Below are positions 12,426 through 24,950 of a stretch of DNA of 64,000 nucleotides, piece after piece. The translations under genes were made by a program, and so were the position numbers. Location: positions 88,412,001-88,476,000 of the forward strand of contig NC_043003.1 in NCBI RefSeq assembly GCF_006345805.1, given 5' to 3'. The notes beneath the pieces are model-generated. The model was not told the DNA's origin. It did no database searches and was given only the letters and a program-made list of their open reading frames with translations. Origin of the DNA: Octopus sinensis (taxonomy: Eukaryota). The first letter of the stretch is position 1, and the number at the start of each line of letters is the position of its first letter.

Positions 12426-12475
12426 TTCACAGTGACTTCAGAGTTTTGGCTTGCCCACCTTCATCAGAATGTCTG
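12426..12475 (-). ncRNA. Degenerate hammerhead relic just upstream of the UGDH start exon
   Basis: Minus strand: CAGACATT-CTGATGA-A-GG-tgggcaag-CC-AAA-ACTCTGAAGT-C-ACTGTGAA. G12>A (CCGAAA>CCAAAA, CpG-type decay) and stem I is partly mismatched. Confidence 0.5.
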
Positions 12476-12945
12476 AATAGAAAAGATGTTGGTATGTGTG
12501 GATATGTGCATTAAAATTTTATTTACTATATGAACATATAGTCTGACAAATTTGAATAAGCCAAAACTTTGAATTTGCTGTGGAACTTTTCCTTGTAAAA
12601 GTTTAATGAGGGTGTATGTGCATGTGTGTACAATGTATATGCATATAGTAAAAAAAAGTTTGAATACACATTTGCATATCCATACATCCCTATATGTCTT
12701 TTACCATAGTAGTTCCTACTCTTCTGAACAAGCTGCAAATCAATATATTCACCCCACCTCTTTTCTTTACATTGCCAATGATAAGCAAATGAAAGAACCT
12801 CAATGTAGTCATTCAACCTGTTAAAACTAGCAACTAAATCTCCTGTAACAATGCCCTACCATCTTGGCAAAGGAATTAATGTGTTAAATAGCACACTGCA
12901 CAAACCAATAAGGGGAAGGAAGTTGTAAAGCAATTTCTATACATA

Positions 12946-13855
12946 CAAGGATGGGCTGAGAAGTTCATAGGCTCACTATGACGGAATAATGCTAGAGTTG
13001 TGAAATCTTGTTAATAACCACATTGTTGCTTTCCAGGTAAACTGACATCTCACTGTTTAGAAACACATCAAAAGTGACTAGTAACAACTTCTCTTGAAAA
13101 TGCACAAAATTTGCCATCATGGTATTATCAAGTACCTGCAAGAAAAGGGTTTGGCTCACAAAGACATTCATGCTGACATAGTTGCTATATTAAGGGAGGG
13201 TGCTCCAGGTGAAAAAGTAGGCAGCTGAATTTAGGAGGGGAAGGGAGAGTCTTGAAGATGACCCAAAGTCTGGATGTCCTGAAACTGCCACTCCCAAGGA
13301 AAACATTGACTGTGTTCACTACATGGTGATGGATGACAGGCAATTGACTATAAATCAAATATCCAATGCCATTAACATATCCCATGAGGGAGTTGAGAAT
13401 AATCTGCAGAATGAACTTGGTGTGATGAAGGGCTCTGCTTGGTGAGTGCCATGTCTTCTGACATCTGATCAAAAATGCACTAGGTTGTTCACATCACAGG
13501 AAAATCTGACATAGTTTGAGGCAGATCCAGCTGGTTTCAAGGCCATTAGCTTAGGAAAACCAACAAAAGGGGTCTTGTTTCATCGGGGACAATGCTCCAG
13601 CACACAAGTTCTTAGTTTCAATGGCTGATTACCCGCCCTGTACTCCTGATTTGGCCCTATCTGACTATCATCTATTCCCCTAATATGAATAAACACTTGG
13701 CTGGGAACCAGTATCACAGTGATGATGACACCATATCTACTGTTGATGACTTTTTTTAGCAACAGGATGAAAGGTTCTTCGCCAATAGGATCCAGCACTG
13801 TAATACCAATCAAAGAAATATGTAGACACAAGAGAGACTATGTTGAAAACTAAAC
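12946..13855 (+). mobile_element. Decayed mariner DNA transposon
   Basis: TA|CAAGGATGGGCTGAGAAGTTC terminus. Broken transposase motifs (W)VPCLLTSDQK, DNAPAH and PPCTPDLALSDYHL, which correspond to WVP, DNA..H and YSPDLAPSD. Confidence 0.85.
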
Positions 13856-13900
<45 letters not shown>

Positions 13901-16761
13901 AGACTGCCAGAAGGGAAGCTAGGAGGCAGGTTTATTTAGCCAGAGGGTAAGCAGATAAGAAAAAATTTGGCAATGTTCTGCGCTGTGAGGACCAAAGACT
14001 TGAGGTATTTCGTGTTGCAAGACAGTGTGTGAGAGAGAATCGTGATGTAGGAGAGAAATGTGTTTGCATGGATGATGGTTCACTTGCGCTAAATGAGGCT
14101 GCAAAGAGAGAGGTTTGGAGACGCCACTATGAAAGGTTGCTGAATAAAGAAAATGAATGGGAGAAAGAGAGTCTGCCAAACATCGACTCAACAGAAGGAC
14201 CAGCTATCTGAGTCGACAGTACCTTGGTAGATAAAGCAATTAAAAGTATGAAGACAGGAAAAGCCCCCAGCCCATCAAGAATTACAGCAGAGATGCTCAA
14301 AATATCTGCCAGCGTCGTCTATAGCTTAGTCACCTGTATAGTTAACCAGGTGATAGATGAAGGAGTCATACCCAATGACTGGTGAATCAGCATAATAGTC
14401 AACTGCTACAAAGGTAAAGGTGACGCTTTAGATACAAATAATTACAGCGGTATCAAGCTGCTGGATCAGGTAATGAATGTTACGGAGAGGGTCATAGCCA
14501 AACTAATTAGGGAGAGAGTCAGTTTGGATGAGATGCAGTTTGGTTTCATGCCAGGGAAAAGTACTGATGCCATATTTCTGGTAAGACAGTTGCAGTAGAA
14601 ATACCTAGCCAAAGACAAACCCCTGTACCTGGCTTTTGTTGACATTGAGAAAGCCTTTGACAGGGTCCCCCGATCCCTTATCTGGTGGTCAATGAGGAAA
14701 CTAGGGATAAATGAATGTCTAGTGAGAGCCGTGCAAGCCATGTACAGGGACACTGTCAGTAAGGTGAGGGTTGGCAACGAGTACACTGAAGAATTCAGGG
14801 CAGAGGTAGGGTCCACCAAGGTTCAGTCCTCAGTCCCCTCCTATTTATCATAGTCCTCCAGGCAATAATGGAGGAATTCAAGACAGGCTGCCCCTGAGAG
14901 TTCCTCTATGCTGATGACTTTGCTCTAATTGCTGAGTCGCTATCAGAACTAGAGGAGAAGTTTCAAGTGTGGAAACAAGGATTAGAATCAAAGGGCCTTA
15001 GAATCAACCTAGCTAAAACCAAAGTCTTAATAAGTAGGAAGGCAGGCAAGCCACAAATCCCTTCAGGTAGATGGCCCTGCTCGATCTGTAATAGAGGTAT
15101 AGGTAGAAACTCTATAAGAAGGTGGCGAGTTGGCAGAAACATTAGCACGCCAGGTGAATTGCTTAGCGGTATTGTGTCTGCCGCTATGTTCTGAGTTCAA
15201 ATTCCGCCAAGGTCGACTTTGCTTTCATCCTTTTGCGGTCAATAAATAAAGTACCAGTTTTGCACTGGAGCCGATGTAATCAACTTAATCCCTTTGTCTG
15301 TCCTTGTTTGTCCCGTCTATGTTTAGCCCCTTGTGGGCAATAAAGAGATAAGAAACTCTATAAGATGTACCCAGTGTAAGCTACGGACACAAGAGGTGCA
15401 GTAATATCAAAGGAAGGTTAACTGGGAAGATAGTCTTTGTATGCGGCAAATGCTCAGGAGCAATAAACACTGAAAATGTGCAGAGAACAACTTCCGCCAC
15501 ATTCCAGGGAGAAAAACTAGAAGTTGTTGATAGCTTCCGTTACCTAGGTGACCAAGTCAGTAGCAGGGGAGAGTGCACTGAAAGTGTAGCTGCTAGAGTA
15601 AGAATAGCTTGGGCAAAGTACAGAGAGCTATTACCTCTGCTGGTGACAAAGGGCCGCTCGCTCAGAGTAAAAGGTAGACTGCATGATGCATGTGTACGAA
15701 CAGCCATGCTACATGGCAGTGGAACATGGGCAGTGACTGCTAAGGACGTGCGTAAGCTCGCAAGAAATGAAGCCAGTATGATCCAATGGATGTGTAATGT
15801 CAGTGTGCATACTCAACAGAGTGTAGGTACCTTGAGAGAAAAGTTGGACCTAAGAAGCATCAGATGTGGTGTGCAAGAGATATGACTGCACTGATATGGT
15901 CATGTGGCGAGAATGGATGAGGATAGTTGTGTGAAAAAGTGCCACACCCTAGTGGTTGAGGGAACCTGTGGAAGAGATAGACCCAGGAAGACCTGGGATG
16001 AAGTGGTGAAGCATGACCTTCGAACTTTAGGCCTCACCAAGGAAATGATTAGTGACCAAGACCTTTGGAAATATGCTGTGCTTGAGAAGACCTTGCAAGC
16101 CAAATGAGACCATAACCTGTGGCCTATGCCAGGGGCGTAACCAGCCCACTTATGTGTACCTTTTCCTTCTTTGGACACTAAACTCTGCTTGCGAAGACCT
16201 GTTGAGGCAAGTGAAATCAAAATCAAATTCGATGACTGGCATCTGTGCTAGCGGGGTGCAAAGAGCACCATACGAGTGTGATCATTGACAGAGCGACTAA
16301 CCGTGCTAGTGGCACATAAAAGGCACCATTCGAGTATGATCGTTACCAGCATTGCCTTATTGACACTTGAGCCCCATGCTAGTAGGGTTCTAAGAGCACC
16401 AACCGAGCGTGATCATTTCCAAAGCGACTAACTGGCTTCCGTGCCAGTGGCATGCAAAAGGAACCATTCAAGCGTAATCGCTACCAGCATCACCTTACTG
16501 GCACCTGTGCCGGTATCATGTGTAAAAAGATTCGAGCGAGGTTGTTGCCAGTACCACCTGACTGGCCCGCGTGCTGGTGGCACGTAAAAAGCACCCACTA
16601 CACTCTCAGAGTGGTTGGCGTTAGGAAGAGCATTCAGCTGTAGGAACTCTGCCAAATCAAGATTGGAGACTGGTGCAACCATCTGGTTCACCAGCCCTCA
16701 GTCAAAATCGTCCAACCCATGCTAGCATGGAAAGCGGACGTTAAACGATGATGATGATGAT
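13901..16761 (+). mobile_element. RTE-clade LINE, 5'-truncated and pseudogenised, with full 3' UTR and (GAT)n tail
   Basis: RT motifs QFGFMPGKST, FVDIEKAFDRVP, LYADD, FRYLG and C-terminal GRDRPRKTW. Many stops. Interrupted by a SINE at 15120-15350. Confidence 0.95.
15120..15350 (+). mobile_element. Full-length tRNA-derived SINE with 15-bp TSD
   Basis: AGAAACTCTATAAGA is duplicated at 15105-15119 and 15351-15365. A-box-like TGGCAGAAACATTAG and B-box GTTCAAATTCC. The central GACTTTGCTTTCATCCTTTTGCGGTCAATAAA resembles the Meta-SINE core as I recall it (unverified). Confidence 0.92.
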
Positions 16762-17060
16762 ATATATACATACATAAATTGAAAGGTATAATGAATAAAC
16801 ACTCCAATCGGTCAAAACAACTTTATATCATTCCCAAATTATCAAAAATCAAATATAAATATACATTAAAATAATAGGGCACCCAATGGTAAAACCTAAC
16901 AGTATAAAATATACACATATACATGAATAAAAGATGATAAAACTTTTGCCTCAGTATCACCTGAGCACTTCCAGCTGCAGTCATATTTTTATTTTTGTTC
17001 TTCGTTTTAACAAAGTTATAAAATTATTCTCTTATACTACATACATACATATTTTTTTCT

Positions 17061-17612
17061 TTATTGGTATGGGAGCTCTGAATTTCTGGTCATTTAATAT
17101 GTATCAGTGAAGATCTGTGGTTGTAGTCATCTTCTGACTGATATTTTTAGTGCACCAGTACTACTTGTAGCACCCTTAATTATTCATTAATAATTTTTTA
17201 CCTTATGGTATTACCTTTATTGTTTTTTCACACATGCTGTACCACTTGATATTTTCATAAACAATAATATCCTTATATATATTTTTATAATTTATTATTC
17301 ATTTTGATCACCTTTTGAAATTTGCTGTGGCATTAGAAACGGTCATCGCACACATTGTTAAAATGGGCAGTTTCCGTGACTCTTGGGTCAGTAAGACTCA
17401 CTGAGGATAACTGACATTTTCACAAAGTTTGAAATAGTAACGATACTGGATTTTCTGTCTTATCATTTTATGATTCTTTTTGTTATTGATATGGGGGCTT
17501 AGAATTTCTGCCCATTCCCCCAATTTCAATTAATGTGTATCAGTGAAAATTTGTGGTTATAGTCGTTTTCTGACTGCTATTTTTAGCGTGCTGGTGCTAC
17601 TTGTAGTACCCT
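17061..17612. repeat. Diverged ~120-bp direct repeat pair (17061-17176 and 17483-17612)
   Basis: Shared ttattg.tatggg.gct..gaatttctg...gtatcagtgaa.at.tgtggtt.tagtc.t.ttctgactg.tatttttag...ctacttgtag.accct. Confidence 0.75.
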
Positions 17613-17613
17613 C

Positions 17614-17656
17614 ACCCATGCTAGCATGGAAGGCAGACTTTAAATGATGATGATGA

Positions 17657-17660
<4 letters not shown>
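17614..17660 (+). mobile_element. Very short RTE 3'-tail insertion
   Basis: ACCCATGCTAGCATGGAAGGCAGACTTTAAAT(GAT)n. Confidence 0.8.
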
Positions 17661-17711
<51 letters not shown>

Positions 17712-19959
17712 TACATACATACATACATACACACACATATATCCATATACATTAAACTTTTACACACCATATGCAAATGAAAGACTATTTCATAGTCAGT
17801 GCCATATTTCTGTTGATCTAGGTACCCATGTAGTTGCAAGCAGACAGTTATTCTGTTGACCTAGCAGAATATCCAACATGTAGCAATGAGAAGGAGAGAC
17901 GGCTGCGCCATCACTGATCTTATTCTTTATTTATCCACCCAGGAAGGATGAAAGGCAACCTCAGCAGGGTATAAACTCAAGATATGAATGTAGAGAAATG
18001 AATTGAATTCTGCAATACATTCCATATGATGCCCAAACGACTGTCAATCAACCACCTAACATGTCTATGAATGTATATTTGTGTGCATGCATATACATAT
18101 ATGTATGTGTACAAGCATAGGGGAGAGGAAAACACATATATACTAGGACATACAGCTACTAAGATATGAGTGCAGACACATACACACAAACACACAGAAG
18201 GGTAGAGTACCAAATAGTGACCTAAATAGAGTAAAGAGTTAGAAGACAGAAGGAAAATGTGAATTGATATTCAAAACTTATGAGTAGATTTCAATAGACT
18301 TTGGCCTTGAAAATATTACAAATAGCACCAAGCTATAAAATTACACAAAAAGGTTGCAGTCAATTCAAATGAGTCACACTACGAACATTGTGCTAAGTAG
18401 GATTTTAACACAGAATGTAGAGGGAGGGATATAAATATTGTTAAGCATCCAGTTTTATCTTCTGCTCTTTCTACCATAAAAGCATGTGGTCTAGTTGTTA
18501 GGGTGTTCATATCATGATCATTTGATTGTGAATTCAGTTTATGGAGTGAGTGATGTGTTGTATCCTTCAACAAGACACTTCATTTCATTTCCAGCTTACT
18601 CAGCTGTAAATGAATATCATGTGGGTACTGATACCATCTTCTCTACATATGACAGCAGCTGTCATACGTTGGATGTTTTGCTGGGTCACGGTTGTGCGAT
18701 GTGGGTGACAGGGTGTCTATGTCTTTACATGACTACTGTAATCTCTGCTACTTCAAGGTCAGGATTTTTTTTACATGAGTGAAAGGCCACAATTTGTGGT
18801 TTCCCTAACTGCAGAAGTGTCATGCTGAATCTCCCTGAGAACTGTTAATGGTATGCATGTCTGTGAAGTATTCAACCATTTATATATTAACTTCATGAGC
18901 ACATAATTCCATTGACTGAATCTACTGGGATACTCATCAGTGTAACCGACAGAGTGCCAGGCCAGTTGCAGTTGGTTTTTATTTTTATTGAATTTTATTT
19001 TTATTACTTCATATTGATCAATCAGTGGATGAAAGACAACACCCAAGACCCCCTGCATGACTCTTTGACTAGTGAGAGAAAAGGATGAAGTTATTGACCC
19101 TGAAAGGATGAATAACAATGTCAACTCCAGTTAGATTTGAACAGGAAATGTAAAGGTAGCAAAGTATTAAGTCAGGCACCATTCAATACCTTGAAAATAT
19201 TAATAATAACAATAATGATTTCTAAGATGAGTACAAAGTCAGAAATTTAGGAGTTGGAGGTATTATGATGCCTTTCTTTGCTTCTAGAATTAAACTCGTA
19301 TCTGTTTTATCTGAACATAAAAGGATATAATTAAAAACCAATTGGTATTTTGTCTGATGTTCTACTGATAGTGCAAGGTTTGAACTCAGAATGTAAAGAA
19401 CTGAAATAAATACTTTCTTGCAGAGGCATTGAAATAAGGGGACATTATAAAAACAGGTTATACAAAGTGTGAGGGTTACATAGAAAACAGAAAGGGCAAT
19501 CAACTAATTCTTTGTTCCCCTCAAATGTCATTAGAAAGGATTAGCTCTTGTGACCAATAAACGAATTAATTTTCATTATTATTCTTGTATGCTTGGTTTT
19601 TGCTTTGTATTTGTACAAGTTGACTCCAAGTCTCACCCAGAGACCTCAAGTTAGAAGTTCAAATCAGTATTATGGTGAGGGTGCCATTTTTTTTTGACAC
19701 AGAGTATTGTTCTACTCAAAACATAAGAAAATAAAAAAATTTGTTTTTAAAATAATTTGATGATAAGATAAGAGTGTGATCTTAAAATGACAGTAAAAGT
19801 ACTTGCTATTATGTACATTTAAAAGTATTTTTGATAATATTTACAGATTAAAATGTTTTTGGAATCACATAGACAATATTTTTCATAGGATATGAACAAT
19901 CCCCAGGAGCACTATTTTTTTAATTTCTTCTATTTTGGGATTTCCTGGTATCTGAGATA

Positions 19960-20900
19960 GGCAACAATCAGCTCCTTTTGCTATTAACAGGTATTGGTCT
20001 AGTCTTGAGGTTCCACATTTTGCCAATTTCTATTTCAAGATCTTTATATTTGCTCAATTTTTAGTGGGTCTTGACAAGTAAAATTATGTTAATTGGGACA
20101 GTCATATCGATACGGTGGCATGATTTTTGTCTGAAATACTTCAGTATAATGTTTGACCTATTTGCATCTATTTTTATATCAGTTTCAACTGTAAAGTTCC
20201 AAAGGAGTGAGATGTAACCATTTTCAAGCACTGGAGGTGGTTTGTGCTCCCGCCAGTTTTTATATATTGTGCGCATCTATCATGCTTGCTGAGATACTGC
20301 GGGTACAAGAAGGCTGTGCATGAAGACAATATGATTGATAGCATTTGCTTTTTGTTTACATACATGACATGAGCTACTGCTGGTCTTTAAAATGTTGGCC
20401 TGATAGCTTTTTGTAGGAAGGCATTGATCCTGGGCTGCTATGATAAACCCTTCTATTTCTGATTTTAAGCCAGAAGACATTAACCATTATGGATCAACAT
20501 CAGCTTTATTAGCTCTCTTTGGGTATTTGCCAGTGAGAAGTTTTTCTTGCCACTTATCAATGAGAATATCTTATGCAGCAGTTCTAGCAAGGGCTTTCAT
20601 GCATTTCATTCTGTGCTCATTTCCAGTACATTTAATTCTGGGACTTGCTGTATTTGGAATTCACTTAGATATTTCCTTGCCTATTTTGTATGCAGTTTTC
20701 TTGTTTTCAAACTTTAAGACAAGTTTTAGCATCCAGTCATGAGAATTTTTCAGATAAGTGTTTAGGCTAATTGTGGTAAACTTCAGTGTAAATTCAAGCC
20801 ATCCTCTTTTCTTGGCAAGTAAAGTCATTCTACATCTGCCTTAGAGAGGTGCAGTCTATTCATTGTCAACAATTTTGAATTTTTCAATCAAGCTTACAAA
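19960..20900 (-). mobile_element. Decayed R4/Dong-like non-LTR retrotransposon (zinc knuckle plus restriction-like endonuclease region)
   Basis: SSGLKSEIEGFIIAAQDQCLPTKSYQANILK..CHVCKQK..INHI, then WREHKPPPVLEN..LLWNFTVETD.KIDANRSNI...IDMTVP (decayed RPDI...D motif). Boundaries are approximate. Confidence 0.75.
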
Positions 20901-21204
20901 TTTCAGTAATTGACCAGTTAATAATATTGAAACTGTAAGTCACGACTGGTGTGGCTAAAGTATTAATCATTTTGATTTTGTTTGTGTTTAGCTGTCTTGA
21001 GTTACCCTTACTCTGCAATAACATTCTTTTCTGATCTTTTCCTTCATCACTGAATGTTTAATTCTATCACCTTCATATAACCCTAAGTATTATTATCATT
21101 ATTGTTATTAAAAAACATAAAAATAAAAGTACAAGAAATCATCAAGAAGAAGGAGGCAGTGGATTGACAGATTGTTAGAGTATCAGATAAAATACTTTGG
21201 CATT

Positions 21205-21340
21205 TTTACATTCTGAATTCAAATTTTACCAAGGTCAACTTTGCCTTTCATTCTTCTGGGGTTAATAAAATAAAGTAGTATCAATATAGTACTGGGGTTG
21301 ATGAAATCAACTTTCCCCCTCCCATCACATGTACCAAAAT
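21205..21340 (+). mobile_element. Older SINE copy of the 15120 family (similar copies at about 17920-18030, 19080-19170, 21985-22125 and 23800-23935)
   Basis: ttctgaattcaaattttaccaaggtcaactttgcctttcattcttctggggttaataaaataaagta matches the body of the 15120 SINE. Confidence 0.7.
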
Positions 21341-21388
21341 TAGAAAGAATTATTATCATACTTATTAAGGAGATATGTAGGGATAAAT

Positions 21389-22786
21389 CAGGGGTTGTCA
21401 AAAATTAATTGCAATAAATTAATTTACTGCTAAGCTCTTTTCAATTGCAATCCAATCACCTTTGTTCAAGAAGTTTTCGGTAAAAATACAAAATCAAAAA
21501 GCCACTGAGCTGACTGCAGATGAAAAGGAATCTATTGTAACCTTAAAGCTGCCCAATACACCAGAACAAGAAACAGTTTTGGACGATGAATTGGACAACT
21601 TCACTTGCAATGTCCTCAAAAAGCATCGAAGCAAGATGGGTGCTAGCCAACTACGTTATATTAATACAGCATTCATTTGGCCAATGACTAACTTGGTTGA
21701 AAGGTTCTTCAGTGTCTCTCTCTCTCTCTCTTCGTTCCACTTGCACTCTCACACACACTCCTGTTCTCTCACTGCTTCTCATTCATTCATACACTTCCAC
21801 TCTTCCTCACTCCCTCTTTCACTCACACACTCTTATGCTCTCTATCTCTCTTTCACTCCAACACAGATTTATTTCTTTATGGCTTATCATTGTTTACATT
21901 TTGAGCCATTTATGTATTCTTGAGGGCACCAAAACCTTTTAAGTGCATAGGTCCTTAATCCGGCCCTGTCTCTCTCTCTCCACTTTATTATCTATTTCTT
22001 TATGGCCCACAGGGGGGTAAACATAGAGGAGACAAACAAGGACAGACAACGGGATTAAAATGATTACATCAACTCCAATGCATATCTGGTACTTATTTAA
22101 TCAACCCCAAAAGGATGAAAATCAAAGATGAATATAACCATTCATTTTGCCAATGACTAACTTGGTTGAAAGGTTCTTCAGTGTAGCAGTGAATGCCTTC
22201 AATGATACAAGACATCAATTATCATCTGTATATCTGGAGATGCAACTGTTTTTAAGGGTAAATGACCATCTTTGGGATAACGAACTTGTTTCGTGTATCG
22301 TTACATGCCTCTCATGTAAATTGTTAAATGCATACTCATTTTAATTGCTAATAGTATGAAACTGTCCTTTTTCCATTCATGCGTTTTTTTTCTGTCTTGA
22401 TTGGGGTGGTATGGGCCCTAAGGGGAGCGTTGTAGGCAAGTTTTTTCCATCCTAGGTCATATCACACATTGGCAGTCAATTTTGTCATTCTGGCAGGTAG
22501 TGTAAGAATTTTTAGAAAATTGTGGGTGATCCAAACATCTTTCAGACAGCAAAGAAATAGATCAATCAAAATTGAGAAAGTAGAGTTTTCATTAGAAATG
22601 TTATTTTTGCAAAGAATGACATTTTTGGATGCGTAAAAATTTTACAAGGGGATTTTCTGGAGAGCATTGCAATTTATTGCAATAAATTGCAATTATTTAT
22701 TGAAAAAAAAATAATAAAATGCAATAAATTCATTGCAATAAAATAAATTTATTGCAAGCTCTGCAATGCATTTTTGACAATACCTG
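21389..22786 (+). mobile_element. Internally deleted hAT transposon
   Basis: TIRs CAGGGGTTGTCAAAAA and TTTTTGACAATACCTG. 8-bp TSD GGATAAAT (21381-21388, 22787-22794). C-terminal dimerisation-like peptide TNLVERFFSVA...LEMQLFLRVNDHLWD. Confidence 0.85.
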
Positions 22787-24689
22787 GGATAAATACATTA
22801 TATATTGTAACAATTCATGTTTGAAGCTCAAATCCAATTGAGGTCACATTTGCACTTCATCTTTCAGAGTCTTGATGTTTGATAAAATAAGTACCATCCA
22901 GTAACTGAGGCTGATTTAATTGCACATAAAATTAAAATCAACACTTTGGTTCTTGCCAGAGTCAACTTGTGCTTCACTGTTGAATGGAGTGTAATGTCAA
23001 AAATATAAAATTAAATACCACTCAAGAACTGGAGTTCATTAAATCATCAACAGCCTTCACCATGTCACAACATAATAATTTGTTCCTTGTGGCAAAGTTA
23101 GAAATCATCATCTTTGTGAAATTTGGGGAAAGGCATTGACCATGCACCTCCCCAAATTTCATACTATGTCTTTTATTCTTCAATGCTTCATAAAATAACT
23201 GCTGTTGATCGAATCACTTGCAATCCTCCCAAAAGTTTTTTGACTTTCTGCCTACGCTTGAAATCCTTATTATTTTTATCTATGCTAGAGTGTTACCCAT
23301 CATTTGGCAGATAACTTTGGAATTAATACTTTTGCTATTAAGAGTATAAAAAAAATATGACATATATTCAATAATTATTCTTTTACGAAATTTCTTGGAA
23401 CTTTATAGAAAATTATGAAATGAAAACTAATTTTCAAAAGAAAAACATCTATTACTTTAAAATAAAATTAAATAAGGGAAATTTCTCATTTGTATAACTC
23501 CTCCTATATCTATTGTTTCATTTACTTCCTATCCTCCGCCTACTGTGTCTCTGATTCTTTCCGTGTGTGTGGAGGGGGTGTAGTGCTCCTTTACTCATTG
23601 CCTACCACCTAGCCTAGTATGTGCACCGCTTATGTTAACTCTTTCTCTTTCTCTCTTTTGCTTCTTCTCCCCCCCCTCTCTCTCTATACAATCTAAAGTC
23701 TGAATAGAGAAATCAATCAAGAACCAACAAGCATTTATATTACCTATTATCAATTAGATAAAGATTTTTACTGTTAGTAGGGCAGTGGCTCGAGAGAATT
23801 ATTAGTATTTAGTTACATTCTGAGTTCAAATTCTGCTGAGATCAACTTTGTCTTTCATTCTTCCATGATCAATAAATACACTGGGGTTACTATAATCATC
23901 TAAGCCCCCACTTCCTAAATTTCTGGTCTTGAACCTATGTTAGAAACAATTACAATTAGCGTTAGTGTAATTACAGCTATAATGATAATTATAATTAGTG
24001 TAATGATATAAATAATATTATTTTGCGAGCAGAGGAAAAATCTTACTTAACAAGTTATATTTCAAAAGAAATAATTTTAAAAAAAAACACCCAATCTAAA
24101 ATGATAATAAGGGAAAAAAAAGCAAAAAAAAAAATTCTGAGGTTATGGGATGGTATGGGTGTTGCAGGGAGTGGGCAGTGTTGGCTGGGTAGTAGAGTCA
24201 GCTAGCATTTCAGGGACTTTCTATGGAAATAATAGCCAGATCTTATTACAAGGTTACAAAAATTTCAGAGTAAGCAGGGTACATATCTAGATAGGGCAGT
24301 GAACAGAGCAGTCTCCCACTCTCCACCACCACTACAAACTATTGTGTAACAGATTGCGATTCTTAGACAAATAATGTTGGAAACAGCACCATGGACTGAT
24401 GGTAGTAGTGAGGTGCCAGTGGTTGCTATGATGGTGCTGGTAGTCACTGAGGTGGCAATATTTCCAGCGACGGCAGCAGTGGTGATATGATGGTAGTGAT
24501 TATTGTGAAAGTGCTGGTGCTAGAGAAATCAACATAAGTTTTCAATTTGACTTATGCAGTGGTTATGCAGTGGTAATGATGATAGCAGCAGTGATTTTAC
24601 TTGCATACATAAATACATGTGTGTGTGGGGGAATATATAACATCACAATAATAGTTAGTTATAGTAGCAGTTAATGTAGTGATATATGT

Positions 24690-24950
24690 GTGTGTGAGCT
24701 AGTGGTTAGTGTTGGGCGAACAATCAGAAAATTGTAGCTTGACTAGATGGTACATTGTGCCCTTGAGCAAGACACTTTGCTCCAGCCCATTCAGCTGAAA
24801 AATATCTAGCAGCCTAGTATGGGTGCAGTCCACTTTTCCTCTGCAAGGATGTTCTGCTGCATGAAGAGTTTGAGGGCCAAGAAGGTGTCTACGCCTGTTA
24901 ATGACTACATAGGTACCTAAAACAATTAGTAGAAGATTGGTATAAGCTAC
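24690..24950 (+). mobile_element. Old tRNA-derived SINE with CORE-like block (similar copy at about 18490-18620)
   Basis: gagctagtggttag head and tgtgcccttgagcaagacacttt CORE-type motif. Confidence 0.5.

Noticed and set aside
17385-17450. CTGAGGA-TAACT...AGTT-TGAAATAGTA as a seventh hammerhead
   Set aside because: Stem I and the base of stem II pair poorly. It may be an old relic but cannot be supported.
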